This document shows positions 52,242 to 64,000 of a DNA stretch of 64,000 bases, piece after piece (position 1 is the stretch's first letter; each line of letters opens with the position of its first letter). The DNA lies in contig NC_042998.1 of the NCBI RefSeq assembly GCF_006345805.1, positions 126,108,001-126,172,000 on the forward strand. The letters run 5' to 3'. Position numbers and translations under genes: made by a program. Under the pieces are notes generated by a model. It had not been told where the DNA came from. It searched no databases and saw nothing but the letters and a program-made list of their open reading frames with translations. The stretch is from Octopus sinensis (Eukaryota).

Positions 52242-54111
52242 GTTTATGGGCTAAAACCTGGTATAATAAAATAATAACAATAACAGTAAAACAATAACAA
52301 CAACAATAACACGAGCATTCAATTTTGGCACAAGGCCAGCAATTTCAGGGGGAGTAAGTTGATTATATAGACCTCAGTGTTCAAACTTTGTCTAGGGCAC
52401 AGTATTGACTTAATAGGGGTAGGCGAATTCCGGAAGGCTAGCTGTTGTCATGACACATATTTTGAAGTATTAAACTTTATTTTATATATTGTATATTAGT
52501 CAAGCCTGATATATGTGTTAGTCAATCAGTCTGCCTATTTTTCTTATGTTTTGGATTGGTAGTTTGTATACCCATAGCCTTTCTAAGGTCATTAACAGTG
52601 TTGGTAGAAAAGTAAGTTGAAATGATACTGAAAAATGCAGTTTAGAATTTTTGTCCAAATACTTTGGGTATATTTATTTAGTTCTAATACATATATACAT
52701 GTATGGTTTCTTTCAGGTTTTCTAATTCTCTCTTTAGTCCATTTAGTTAAGGAGTTAGATATCAGACAAAGGGGTTTGTTCAGAGACAGCTACATGGTCC
52801 AGGTTTTCGTTGTCATAGGTAGAAAAATTCCCAACTTGTTTGAAGACAAATCCTGATAATCAGATGCAGGAATCCTTGTTTTAGGTATGCATCTGATTCA
52901 ATGAAGACCTTTTCCCAGCTGATACCGGGAAAGTTAAAGCTCTGTGTCATCATGATATTAGGAACTATGGCTTCCTTCAAATCACTTGATGAAACCATTG
53001 ATGAGATTCTGACTAGGAAATTTGGAGTAGCATGCAGTCTCAAAGTGTTGCTTGTCAATCCTTATACCAACAAATACAAATTCATCCTCTTTACTGGTAC
53101 GTTCATGAGTAACTGTGACATTGTAACTTTCCTTTTATACTAATCAGTACCCCCACTTCCACCTGTATTATGGTTTTGAGATAAAGGATGAACTCTTGGA
53201 TAATATTGGTTTTAAATTTTGATACAAGGCCAGAGAAAGGCAGACGAAATGCTGCTAAGCATTTTGTCCAGCATGCTAACAATTCTGCCAGCTTTCTGTT
53301 TTCACTCTTGGATAATATTGTTAACCAAACTATCACCATCACAGTGTCTTTCTGGCAGTATGATTACTGAGGATGTGTGCAGCTAAACTAGATGATATAT
53401 ATTTTATTGCATTGAGTTTCATCTGACTATTGAATGATTTCACCAAATATTTTGTGGGATGTTGCAATTGATAAGGTTAATTCTATTATTCGACAGGTAC
53501 ATTTAGTCCAACCCATACTGGCATAGAAAAGGGACATTAAATAATGATGCTAATGATGATATTTTATCTACCCTAGAAGGAAGAAAAACAAATAAATATC
53601 ACTTCAATAGGATTTTAACATAAAACAAAAAGGAATGTAAATCTGAGGTTTATTGTTTAGCACTTTACTAATTCTCACTCTTACCATCTTAATGGAAACA
53701 ATAATTTCTAACTTAGGCCAAAGCTATATTTTTGGGGATGGTACTGACCACAGTACTTGACTGATATCTTATTTTATCAACCTAAGAATGATGAAAATAA
53801 AGTCGACCCAACCATTCAATAATAATAATGTCATGGAAAGCCAAAGAAAAAAAATGCAGAGATGACTGTTCTATAAAAAAAAAAGACCATCATCAAAATA
53901 ATGAGAAAAAGTTAAATCATATTTAACTAGAAAAATGTATGATCTTTAAAGACATAAAATAAATAGTACACTGAAAATTGATTCAAATATAACTGTTGCT
54001 GCTTTCATAACATCATAAAGAAAATATAAACAGAAATCAAAATAAGAGAAAGCCAATGCAAAAACAAAGACCATTAAATTTTCATAAATAAACAATAATG
54101 CTTCAAATTAG

Positions 54112-54462
54112 TCTTAGGTCCTCCTGCGCCGTGTGGCACATTGGGTGGAAAGGCTTCTCCAACATGGTTGGTCAGCTGCAGCGATTTCAGCTTCATCCTA
54201 TGAAATGTCAATGGCTTTGAGGTCATTGATGAAGGTGCAGCGCCAAGTCACTTTTGGTCACCCTTGTTTTCTCTTGCCATGTGGTGGCTTTTACAGAATG
54301 GCGGTTCTTGCATGCCGTGATGATGGTAATCGGAGGACATGGCCTGCAGATCACAAGCAGCACTCAGTGACAACATCATGGAGTGGATGGGTGTCAGTTC
54401 AGCGATGTATCTCGTCATTGCTGATGTGGTGCTGGTATGGTATTCACAATGCTTCAAACAGG
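54112..54462 (-). mobile_element. 3' fragment of a different RTE-like LINE family
   Basis: Minus strand GHVLRLPSSRHARTAIL.KPPHGKRKQG.PKVTWR...WRSLSTQCATRRRRT. Confidence 0.7.
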
Positions 54463-56229
54463 TAAAATGATTTTTTTTTTAAGTATAAAAGATGCTATTA
54501 CATAAAATACATATTTATCAATGAGAGTATGCACAATACATCAAATACTCTTTTTGAGAGTTACACAGAAGAGTTCTTGTTTTGTTATCTGTATAAGAGC
54601 AATCTGGTAAAGTCAATATTATATTAGGTCAAACAATTATAATTATTTATGATATAATTACATATTTTAAGTCTAAAATCATCACTACCATGAATTTTAA
54701 TGTCTATTTTCCATGTAAATATGTAAAATATATATTTAATATTATATTACATTTTATACTTAAAAAAACATTACTAAATAAACATATCTGAAGCATAAAT
54801 GTAGAGGAAATTTAATGACATTTGTTTATATAGTAATTCAGATTTTTGTTGGTATTTACTTATGAGCTTACAGCTGTAATATGAAGAGGAGCAGATGAAA
54901 GGAGATGAAAAGGGAAGAAAAATCATATAATTTTCAAATGTTTTATGTGAGCATTTAAAAAAATGTCATCCAATTAACTTGTTGCACCGAAACAAGTGAT
55001 ATGAAAAGAAAATATCTGTATGTATATAAAGGCCACTATCTGGCAGATTAAGTCCTAGTAACCTAGAAAAGAGAGAGAGAGATGCCAAGATATTGTAAGA
55101 ACAGTATGTATAAGAAGTATGAAGAACTCCTTAAAGTTATTTGACTGCTTTATCCAGATTTTTGCTTCTAACAATGCACAAAAAAAAATGTCTTTTTCCC
55201 AAGGATTGAAATGACTTGTGGCATAACTATGAGACGTAATTCCACAGCAAGACTACATATCAACATCATTAATTTAGTGCCCTTTTTCCATGCTTTTATG
55301 GGTCAGGAAAAATTTATCGAAGCTGATTTTTATAGCCAGATACCTCTTCCCATCACTAACCCTCATTTGTTTCTAAGCAAAGTAATACTGCCCACTAAGT
55401 TACCCATTACTACTAACAACTGAGAGATTCTCAAGAATGCTTCTAGATACCGGAAATATCCTGGTCACTATGGCTTTGTTGTTGAGTGCATAAAAAACCC
55501 CAATAATCTGAAGGTACCATTACCAGGACCATTGACTAACTATTCTGATTCAAAAAGAACATCCATACCTCAAGGTTCACTCGTTTCTGAAACAACATTG
55601 CATCTCATTTGATTCAAATCAGATGTTAATAAGTGTGACAAAAATCTTGGTCATGCTGTTGGCTACTGCAATCTATATCTTAATCAACCGAGGATGTTAT
55701 GCAAGCAACCGTGCATCCAGGCCAACCCAAGACATGTTGTACATCTATACACCCTACCTTTATTAGGTTGTATAAATGTACATTTCATTTCTATAATTTA
55801 CACACTCCTTTAAATCACTAGTTGTATTTTGGTTTTGTATTCTTTTTTTTTTTAAACAAGTTTTCTACTTCTGATATCTTTTTTGTTTTAAGAATGAATC
55901 TTATTAAATTTGCTTCACTAACAGAATCCAAAGTTGCTTTAATACCAAAGTTATGTTATCTCTCTAGACCTGTGTTTGTTCTGGTAGCATTATTAATGCA
56001 GTTTTCTTATTATTAACAACAAAAATATAAAAAAATATAAGAATAAAAACATTATTAAAACTAAAAACATTCAGAATACAAATCATTAAGACAGACCTAC
56101 TTGCATTCAAAACTAAGGTAAACAAAACTCAACAAAATCAAATCACAGCATATCTACCAGATACTGACCAACAAAAGCCAGACTAGAATTATACAATAAA
56201 AATATGAAGAAAATGATTTGAAAAAAGTT

Positions 56230-56456
56230 TTAACCCTTTAGTGTTTTAACTGGCCATATCCAACCCGAATATTCTACTTTAAGTTCAAACTGACCAGATC
56301 CAGCCTCTTAAAGCTACCTACAATGTCATTCTAAAAATAAACAATAACACTATCAGAATCGTGAAACCATAAGATAATGCATGATTAATTCAAAACAATT
56401 GAAGTAAAAAAAAAAGCAGTAAATTTGACAAAATAATCTGAATGCTAAAGGGTTAA
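56230..56456 (+). mobile_element. piggyBac-type MITE, same family
   Basis: TTAA|CCCTTTAG ... CTAAAGGG|TTAA; internal match to the 9060 copy. Confidence 0.8.
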
Positions 56457-58546
56457 GAAGAGGAAACTTTTATGATTTTGAATATGACAATAAAAGTGGA
56501 AATAGTTCACTAATCAAAATTGATTGAAATCTTCTTCTTTAGACCCATAAAATACTTTCCATACTACCACTTGGAGCCTTTAATGCAGTTGTCTCTGTTG
56601 CAGACTTCTATTGCTTAGTATAGCTCCACTTCCTGTTCTTTGGGGACCTTTAGCAGAATCTGCTCTGTTACAAGCATTTGAGCCAGTCTTAGCTCTGAAA
56701 ACTTTTCATTGGTCATCATTCCCTTAGAAGGAGTGTGGGGCATGTACTTCCTCCTACAAAAAGAAAAGCATTTTGACTAAGTCTCTAGTTTGAGATTTCT
56801 TCCTCTTTCCAGAATAACAAAGACCTTGTAAAACATTATGGGTTCAACTTTTAAGAAAATTAAATTCAACAATAAAAGAGCAGTAATAAAAACATAAACC
56901 AAATCTGCTCCTTGTAGACTTAATGAAAACAGATGTAACATCAATGTCATCAGGATAATCAAAAGAAAAAAAATCTAGGTAGCATCCACAGTAGTCAAAG
57001 AAAAATGAGTAGTCTCAAGCCTTCATGAAATCAACAAAAATAAAGGCACCCAAAAATCAAAGACAGTCTTACTACATTGCATAAGACTTGTTATGAAATG
57101 TGACGATCATTCTTTTAACTGAACAAACTGATGTTATTAAGAATTAGATTAAAAGCAAAACTTCATACAATTCTAATAGAAAGAGAAGAGACCAATTTGG
57201 CAGAGGAGTATAGTTGAAGGGATCCTCATGGATGAAAATATTTAAAACACATGCAGTAACTAAATAACTGTGAAAAGGAATATAAGAACAGTAGTTCAGA
57301 TGTTCCAAGAAATAAACTGGAAAGCGCTACAAGGTGATAAGATAAACTTTTGGTTGAAATATTCAACAGGCAGAACACCGCCTGAATGACTCACTAATGG
57401 AAAACTCAGTTCCCAGCAACATCACACAACTATAGACCAATCAGCTATCTGTCAATAGAATTATAAAGTCTTATATTGCACTAATATCAGAGATGATGAT
57501 TACCTGGAAAGTAGCAAATTTCTGAAGAACAGAAGTGAAGCTACACCAGCTCATATGGTTGCAAAGATAATTACTAGCTACTAAATCCTTAATCAAGAAC
57601 GTAGAAAAAGAAAGATCAATCTGAGTATGGCATGGATTGGTTAACTTTTGACAGGTTTCTCCATTCACAGATTCTAAAGGAATAAGCTGTTTAGGGCAGC
57701 AATAGCAAAAAAACTACATCAAATATAGAGGCAAAGGGGTGTTAGAGTCATTAGAGAAGCAGATAAAATATTTTGTATTTATTCTCATTCTCTGAGTTCA
57801 AATTGTGTCAAGTCCAACTTGTCTTCCATTCTCTTAAGATTAATAAATAAAGTACCTATTCAATATTGGAATCAATTCTTCAGTCACTATTTCTTACTGA
57901 AAGAAATTAGTTCAGTTCAGCCCTGGAGAAGGATTGGCCCAACCAAGTTCAAGATACCAAAAAACATGCCAAGTGTCATGATACTGCCCCCTATTGTACC
58001 AGCATGGATTGAAAGCCAAAGAAAGGAAAGAAAAAAAAAAATCAACTGTCATGGCTAAAAGACAAATAATTCTACATATAGAAAAGAGGGAATTTTAAAA
58101 ACAAACCTCATCCCTATTAGAATAGGATGTTTAACATTTTTAACCAATGTGCCAAAGTCAGACTAGACTTAGATACAGGCAATCAAGCATCTTTTGTATA
58201 TTGTTGATCTCAAGGTGTTTACTGCAGATGATAAACAACGGCAAACACATATAATGGAGGAATTGATATTGAAATTTGGTAACGGAAATTTACAAAAGCA
58301 ATTTTAAAGAGAGGAAAATTTTTTAAAAAATCATAAATATCATGTTAGATAAAGAAGTAGAGATAAGAGACTTAGACTATACAGACTTGGAAATACTCAG
58401 GAATTAAAGAATAAGATAAAGTACAGTGCATGCACAAATTAAAGAAAAGGTTAGGAAGGAATGTTATTGACAATTGTAAGACAAAATAAAAGCCTTTCTC
58501 CCAGGAACTACCAAAAAACATACAATGAAGTAAAACACACACAAAA

Positions 58547-58760
58547 TCTGTATATATAAAAGGCAGGATGTGTGTGTGTACGTGAATGTAATTTATGCAT
58601 GTCCACAAATTAGCCCGCATGTAGCTCCAATTTTATGAGGACATTTGTCATGACCCTAGCTGTATTTTCGTCAACTTATTTTTCCCATAGGCACTAGTGA
58701 ATAGCAGTAAAAATGAATTTTCAACCTAAACTTTTAACAATTTTCAGGTCGGAGAAATCA
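58547..58760 (+). mobile_element. Possible second Helitron 5' end
   Basis: A|TCTGTATATATAAAAGGCAGGATGTGTGTG resembles the 5' end at 26526. No 3' end located. Confidence 0.4.
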
Positions 58761-58955
58761 CCATTGTTTGCATTGATGAATAGTGATGAATAGGCTTTTG
58801 TTAAGACTTTTGTTGTTTTTATTTCTCATCAAGGAAAAAAGTGTTTTGTTGATATATGGGCAACACACACACACACGAACATGTATGCATACAAAAAACA
58901 TGTATGCAATAGGTGTACGTATGTACACGTGTGTATGTGTGCGTTGCCCATATAT

Positions 58956-61900
58956 CATCATCATCATCATCATCGTTTAGCGTCCGTTTTCCATGCTAGC
59001 ATGGGTTGGACGGTTCTACTGGGGTCTGTGAAGCCAGAAGGCTTCATCAGGCCCAGTCAAATCTGGCAGTGTTTCTACGGCTGGATGCCCTTCCTAACGC
59101 CAACCACTCCGTGAGTGTAGTGGGTGCTTTTTACGTGCCACCCGCACTGGTGCCAGACAGAGCTGGCAAACGGCCACGAACGGATGGTGCTTATTATGTG
59201 CCACCGGCACGAGGGCCAGGCGAGGCTGGCAACGGACACGAAACGGGGCGGTGCTGGCAACGGTCGCGAAACGGAAAGTTCTCTTACATGCCACCGGCAC
59301 TGGTAACACATCTGCAATTTCCATTGATCGATTTCCATTGATCGATTTCGATTCTGATCGTCACTTGCCTCAACGGGTCTTCACAAGCAGAGTTTTGACA
59401 TGCCACCGGCACTGGTAGCACATCCGCAATTTCCATTGATCAATTTCGATTCTGATCCTCACTTGCCTCATCACGTCTTCACAAGTAGAGTTTTGTGTCC
59501 CAAGAAGGGAAGGTATGCATTCGTAGGCTGGCTCCATCCCATGTAGAAGGCCACGGGTTATGAACTCACTTGTCCTGCCGGGTCTTCTCGCGCACAGCAC
59601 ACTTCCAGAGGTCTCGGTCTCTAGTCATTTCCTCAGTGAGACCTAAAGTTCGAAGGTCGTGCTTCACCACCTCGTCCCAGGTTTTCCTGGGTCTGCCTCT
59701 TCCACAGGTTCCCTCAACCGCTAGGGTGTGGCACTTTTTCACACACCTATCTTCATCCATTCTCGCCACATGACCATACCAGCGCAAACGTCTCTCTTGC
59801 ACACCACAACTGATGCTTCTTAGGTCCAGCTTTTCTCTCAAGGTACTTACACTCTGCCGAGTGTGAGTACCGGCATTACACATCCATTGGAGCATACTGG
59901 CTTCATTTCTAGCGAGCTTACGCATATCCTCAGCAGTCACGGCCCATGTTTCACTGCCATGTAGCATGGCTGTTCGTACACACGCATCATACAGTCTGCT
60001 TTCACTCTGTGCGAGAGGCCTTTTGTCACCAGTAGAGGTAAGAGCTCTCTGAACTTTGCCCAAGCTATTCTTACTCTAGCAGTTACACTTTCAGCACACC
60101 CGCCCCCGCTGCTGACTTGGTCACCTAGGTAACGGAAACTATCAACTATTTCTAGTTTTTCTCCCTGGAAAGTGATGGAAGTTGGTCTCAGAGCATTTTC
60201 AGTGTTTATTGTTCCTGAGCATCTGCCACATACAAAAACCATCTTCCTAGTTAGCCTTCCTTTGACATTGCTGCATCTCTTATGTGTCCATAGCTTACAC
60301 TTGGTGCATCTTATAGAGTTTCTACCTACACCTTTTACAGATCGAGCAGGGCCATCTACCTGAAGGTGTTTGTGATTTGTCTACCTTCCTACTGATTACG
60401 ACTTTGGTTTTAGCTAGATTGACTCTGAGGCCCTTCGATTCTAATCCTTGTTTCCACACCTGAAACTTCTCCTCCAGTTCTGATAGCGACTCAGCAATTA
60501 GAGCAAGGTCATCAGCATAGAGGAGCTCCCAAGGGCATCCTGTCTTGAATTCCTCCGTTATTGCCTGGAGGACTATGATAAATAGGAGGGGGCTGAGTAC
60601 TGAGCCTTGGTGGACTCCTACCTCTACCCGGAATTCTTCACTGTACACATTTCCAACCCTCACCCTACTAGCGGCGTCCCTGTACATGGCCCGCACAGCT
60701 CTCACTAACCATTCATCTATCCCTAGTTTCCTCATTGCCACCAGATAAGGGATCGGGGGACCCTGTCGAAGGCTTTCTCCATGTCAACAAAAGCCAGGTA
60801 CAGGGGCTTATCTTTGGCTAGGTATTTCTCCTGCAGCTGCCTTACCAGGAATATAGCATCAGTAGTACTTTTCCCTGGCACAAACCCAAACTGCATCTCA
60901 TCTAACTAACTCTCTCTCTAATTAGTTGGGCTATGACCCTCTCCGTAACCTTCATCACCTGGTCCAACAGCTTGATACCTCTGTAGTTATTTGTATCTAG
61001 GGCATCACCTTTACCTTTGTAGCAGTTGACTATTATACTGCTACACCAGTCATTGGGTATGACCCTTTGTGTATCACCTGATTAACTATACAGGTGACTA
61101 GGCTATAGCCGACACTACCAGACATTTTGAGCATCTCTGCAGTGATTCCTGATGGGCCTGGGGCTTCCCTGTCTTCATGCTTCTAATTGCCTTAGCTACC
61201 ACGGAACTATCAACTCGGATAGCTGGTCCCTCTGTTGGGTCAACATTCGGCAGACTCTCTTATCCCATTCATTTTCTTCATTCAGCAACCTTTCATAGTG
61301 GCATCTCCAAACCTCTCTCTTTGCATCCTCATTTAGCGCAAGTGAACCATCTTCCATGCGAACACACTTCTCTCCTACCACATCATGATTCTCTCTCACA
61401 CACTGTCTTGCAACACGAAACACCTCCAGTCTTTGGTCCTCACGGCGCAGAACATTGGCAAATTTTTTCTTATCTGCTTCCCCTCTGGCTAAATAAACCT
61501 GTCTCCTAGCTTCTCTTTTGGCAGTCTGATACAATCCCCTGCTACCCCCATTTTTCCAGACCTTCCAAGCCTGTCTCTTTTCTCTAATAGCCCTGTCTAC
61601 AATATTGTTCCACCACCACGTTATTCTAGGTCGAGAGGGGACTTTGCACCAGCCACAGATCTGGTCAGTGGCTCTCAGCAGGTTGTCCCTTAGAAACGTC
61701 CAGCTGTCTTCTACCCCCTGTGATGCTCTATCCCCTTCTACTTCGTCAAAGGCTTCAAGTAATATGTCCCTAAATCTCTGTCCATTTGCAGGATCTTTAA
61801 GCTTCCAGATCCTTCTTCTCCATATTTGTCGTCTTCTGGTTGTCCTCCTAGTCCTGATCCTAAAGTCACTAACTACCAGTCTATGTTGTGGGGTACATTC

Positions 61901-62370
61901 TTCACCTGGGAAGGTTTTGGCATTTATAAGCAGCCATCTCTCCCTTTGCCTTGTAAGGATGTAGTCAATTGGCTGGTATGTTGGCCCGATTGGTAAGTGA
62001 CTAGGTGGCTGGTAGGTTTCCTGAAGTTAGTGTTGCAAATCATAAGATTATTTGCATCGCAGAACTCCAGCAGCCTGGTTCCCTCCTTGTTGCGGGAGCC
62101 ATAGCCATAGCCTCCATGTACGCCATGGAAGCCCCCAGCATGTCGTCCAACGTGACCATTGAAGTCACCAGCCACAAAGATAAGGTCTCTGTCGTTCGTC
62201 AACGAGGTAGTCTGCAGTAGAGTGTCATAGAATTGGTCTTTCTGTCCATCGGGTAGCCCCGACTGAGGAGCATAGGCTGATATAATGGTTGCTAAACTAT
62301 GATGAAGCACTAATCTAATCTTAAGTATTCTGTCACATACTCTGATTACCTCAATTACTTTATCTACCCT
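58956..62370 (-). mobile_element. RTE-type LINE, 5'-truncated within the APE endonuclease; RT (YADD), 3'UTR and (GAT)n tail present
   Basis: EN motifs YAPQ and GDFNGHVG. RT motifs NYRGI, AFDRV, GVHQGSVLSP and LYADD. ORF stop near 59566. Repeat-rich 3'UTR ends in aaacgatgatgat. Confidence 0.95.
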
Positions 62371-62389
62371 ATATATATATATATATAAT

Positions 62390-62676
62390 TTGGGTGAAAT
62401 CCATTGAAATTGGTTTGTGCCAGTGGAACATAAAAAGCACCATCCAAACGTGGCCGATGCCAGCGCCACCTCGACTGGCTTATGTGCCGGTGGCACATAA
62501 AAAGCACCCACTATACTGGTGGAGTGGTTGGCATTAGGAAGGGCATCCAGCTGTAGAAACACTGCCAGATCAGATTGGAGCCTGGTACAGCCTCCTGGCT
62601 TCCCAGACCCCAGTCGAACCGTTCAACCCATGCTAGCATGGAAAACGGACGTTAAACGATGATGATGATGATGATG
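62390..62676 (+). mobile_element. LINE 3'-tail fragment, head-to-head with the long LINE
   Basis: Family signature, (GAT)n tail followed by (TA)n. Confidence 0.88.
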
Positions 62677-63791
62677 ATATATATATATATATATACATAT
62701 ACATAAAAACCTATACATAAAATAATGTAATAAAAAATACACAATGTTTGAAAGAGAAAAGAATTTGGATGGTTATTGCAGCAACACCTACAGTTCTGCT
62801 CAATCAAGGGTGACTCAGAGTTAAACAATGATGACAATATAGAGAATGACAAAATATTGTTGGTGGTAGGAAAATTTATAAATATCCTGGGGAGGATACA
62901 AATTGATAATAGAGTAACACACCTACTGACATGATTTCAATTAGATACTAGGTGACGTATTACCAATCCCATAACAGCCTACATGTTACATATTCGCAGA
63001 ATTATTAGGTGTTGAATTTAAAACAAAAATAAAAAGAACAAAATTACAATGAAATGAAAAGAAGAAATAAAAGACTTTCAAAAAAAGTCGAATCAGCTTT
63101 CCCCTATCTCCAACAGAATATCAAGAATAAAACTTATAAAAAAGAGCAAAACAGACTGATTGGTAAGATTTGAACCACATATCTATCATGTATCAGGTGA
63201 CTGCAATACCAGTTACATAACAGATGACCTACTAGTCACTCTTCCTCAAATTAGGAACTTAAATGTTTTCAATTTATTTTTTTAGATGTGCAACATTCTT
63301 CTCAACAAGATAACTTAATAGCAAAATATGTTAAACTATATATGTATATATAGAGGTGCAGGCAAAGCTATGTGGTCAACCAGCTAGCTTTGTAAACACA
63401 CAGTTTCTCATGATGTCAAAGCCATATATATATATATTCTTTTCTTTTACTTGTTTCAGTCATTTGAATGTGGCCATGCTGGAGCAATGCCACGACAGGG
63501 TTTAGTCAAACAAACTGACTCCAGGACTTATTTCTTAAGCCTAGTACTTATGGTCTTCTCTTCTGGTGAACCACTAAGTTACGGGGAGGTAAACACACCA
63601 ACACCGGTTGCCAAGAAGTGATGGGGGGAGGGGGACGAACCCAGACACAAAGATACACACACACATATATATAAAAGAAACAGTAACTGGAGCTGAATCA
63701 TGAAGCTTATAGATTACTGAAAAATATAATGGCACAGAGACCATAATAGAAGAAATAGAACAAAGAATCAAGACAAAGGAAGGGAATATGA

Positions 63792-63794
<3 letters not shown>

Positions 63795-63852
<58 letters not shown>
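63795..63852. repeat. (TA)n(CA)n microsatellite; other (TA)n tracts at ~28577-28623, 18535-18572 and 38405-38428
   Basis: Directly visible. Confidence 0.95.
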
Positions 63853-63853
<1 letters not shown>

Positions 63854-64000
63854 GATAAATAAATAGATAGGTATAGCTATCTACAATTAATAAAGCAGTG
63901 TAAACAAAAGGAGATTTTTATGAATAATGAAAGTGAATTTTATCAGCAAATTGTGCTAGAGAATGAGAAAATATAATACAAGATTCTGGTAAATCATTAC

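Noticed and set aside
52635-53143. Overlapping 73-81 aa ORFs as a divergent gene next to PSTK
   Set aside because: No recognisable domain and no consistent splice-phase chain to other exons.
61924-62562. 212-aa ORF as a novel gene
   Set aside because: Chimeric read-through of an antisense LINE tail, a (TA)n tract and the truncated LINE endonuclease.

Overview
AT-rich, repeat-dense animal genomic DNA. The repeat families (RTE-type LINEs with (GAT)n tails, tRNA-derived SINEs) are most consistent with an octopus or other coleoid cephalopod, which is an inference. Two convergent intron-containing genes were reconstructed by hand with consistent GT-AG phases. AUP1 (+ strand) has 9 coding exons from 325 to 17908, and its 5' exons lie upstream of the window. 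PSTK (- strand) has 5 coding exons from 52241 to 39879, encoding 336 aa. Introns and the ~22 kb intergenic gap hold RTE and CR1/L2 LINE fragments, SINEs, two DD37E Tc1-like transposons with IR/DR ends, three pogo/Tigger fossils, a non-autonomous Helitron, and mariner- and piggyBac-type MITEs. The most unusual feature is a ~500 bp palindrome (25959-26457) with a type I hammerhead ribozyme in each arm, one per strand, bracketed by a 13-bp direct repeat. Also notable are a PHD-like C4HC3 finger inside the RT region of the RTE LINEs, and a 3.4 kb LINE copy whose frameshifts are almost all deletions in short base runs. No CRISPR arrays, rRNA genes or credible tRNA genes were seen.
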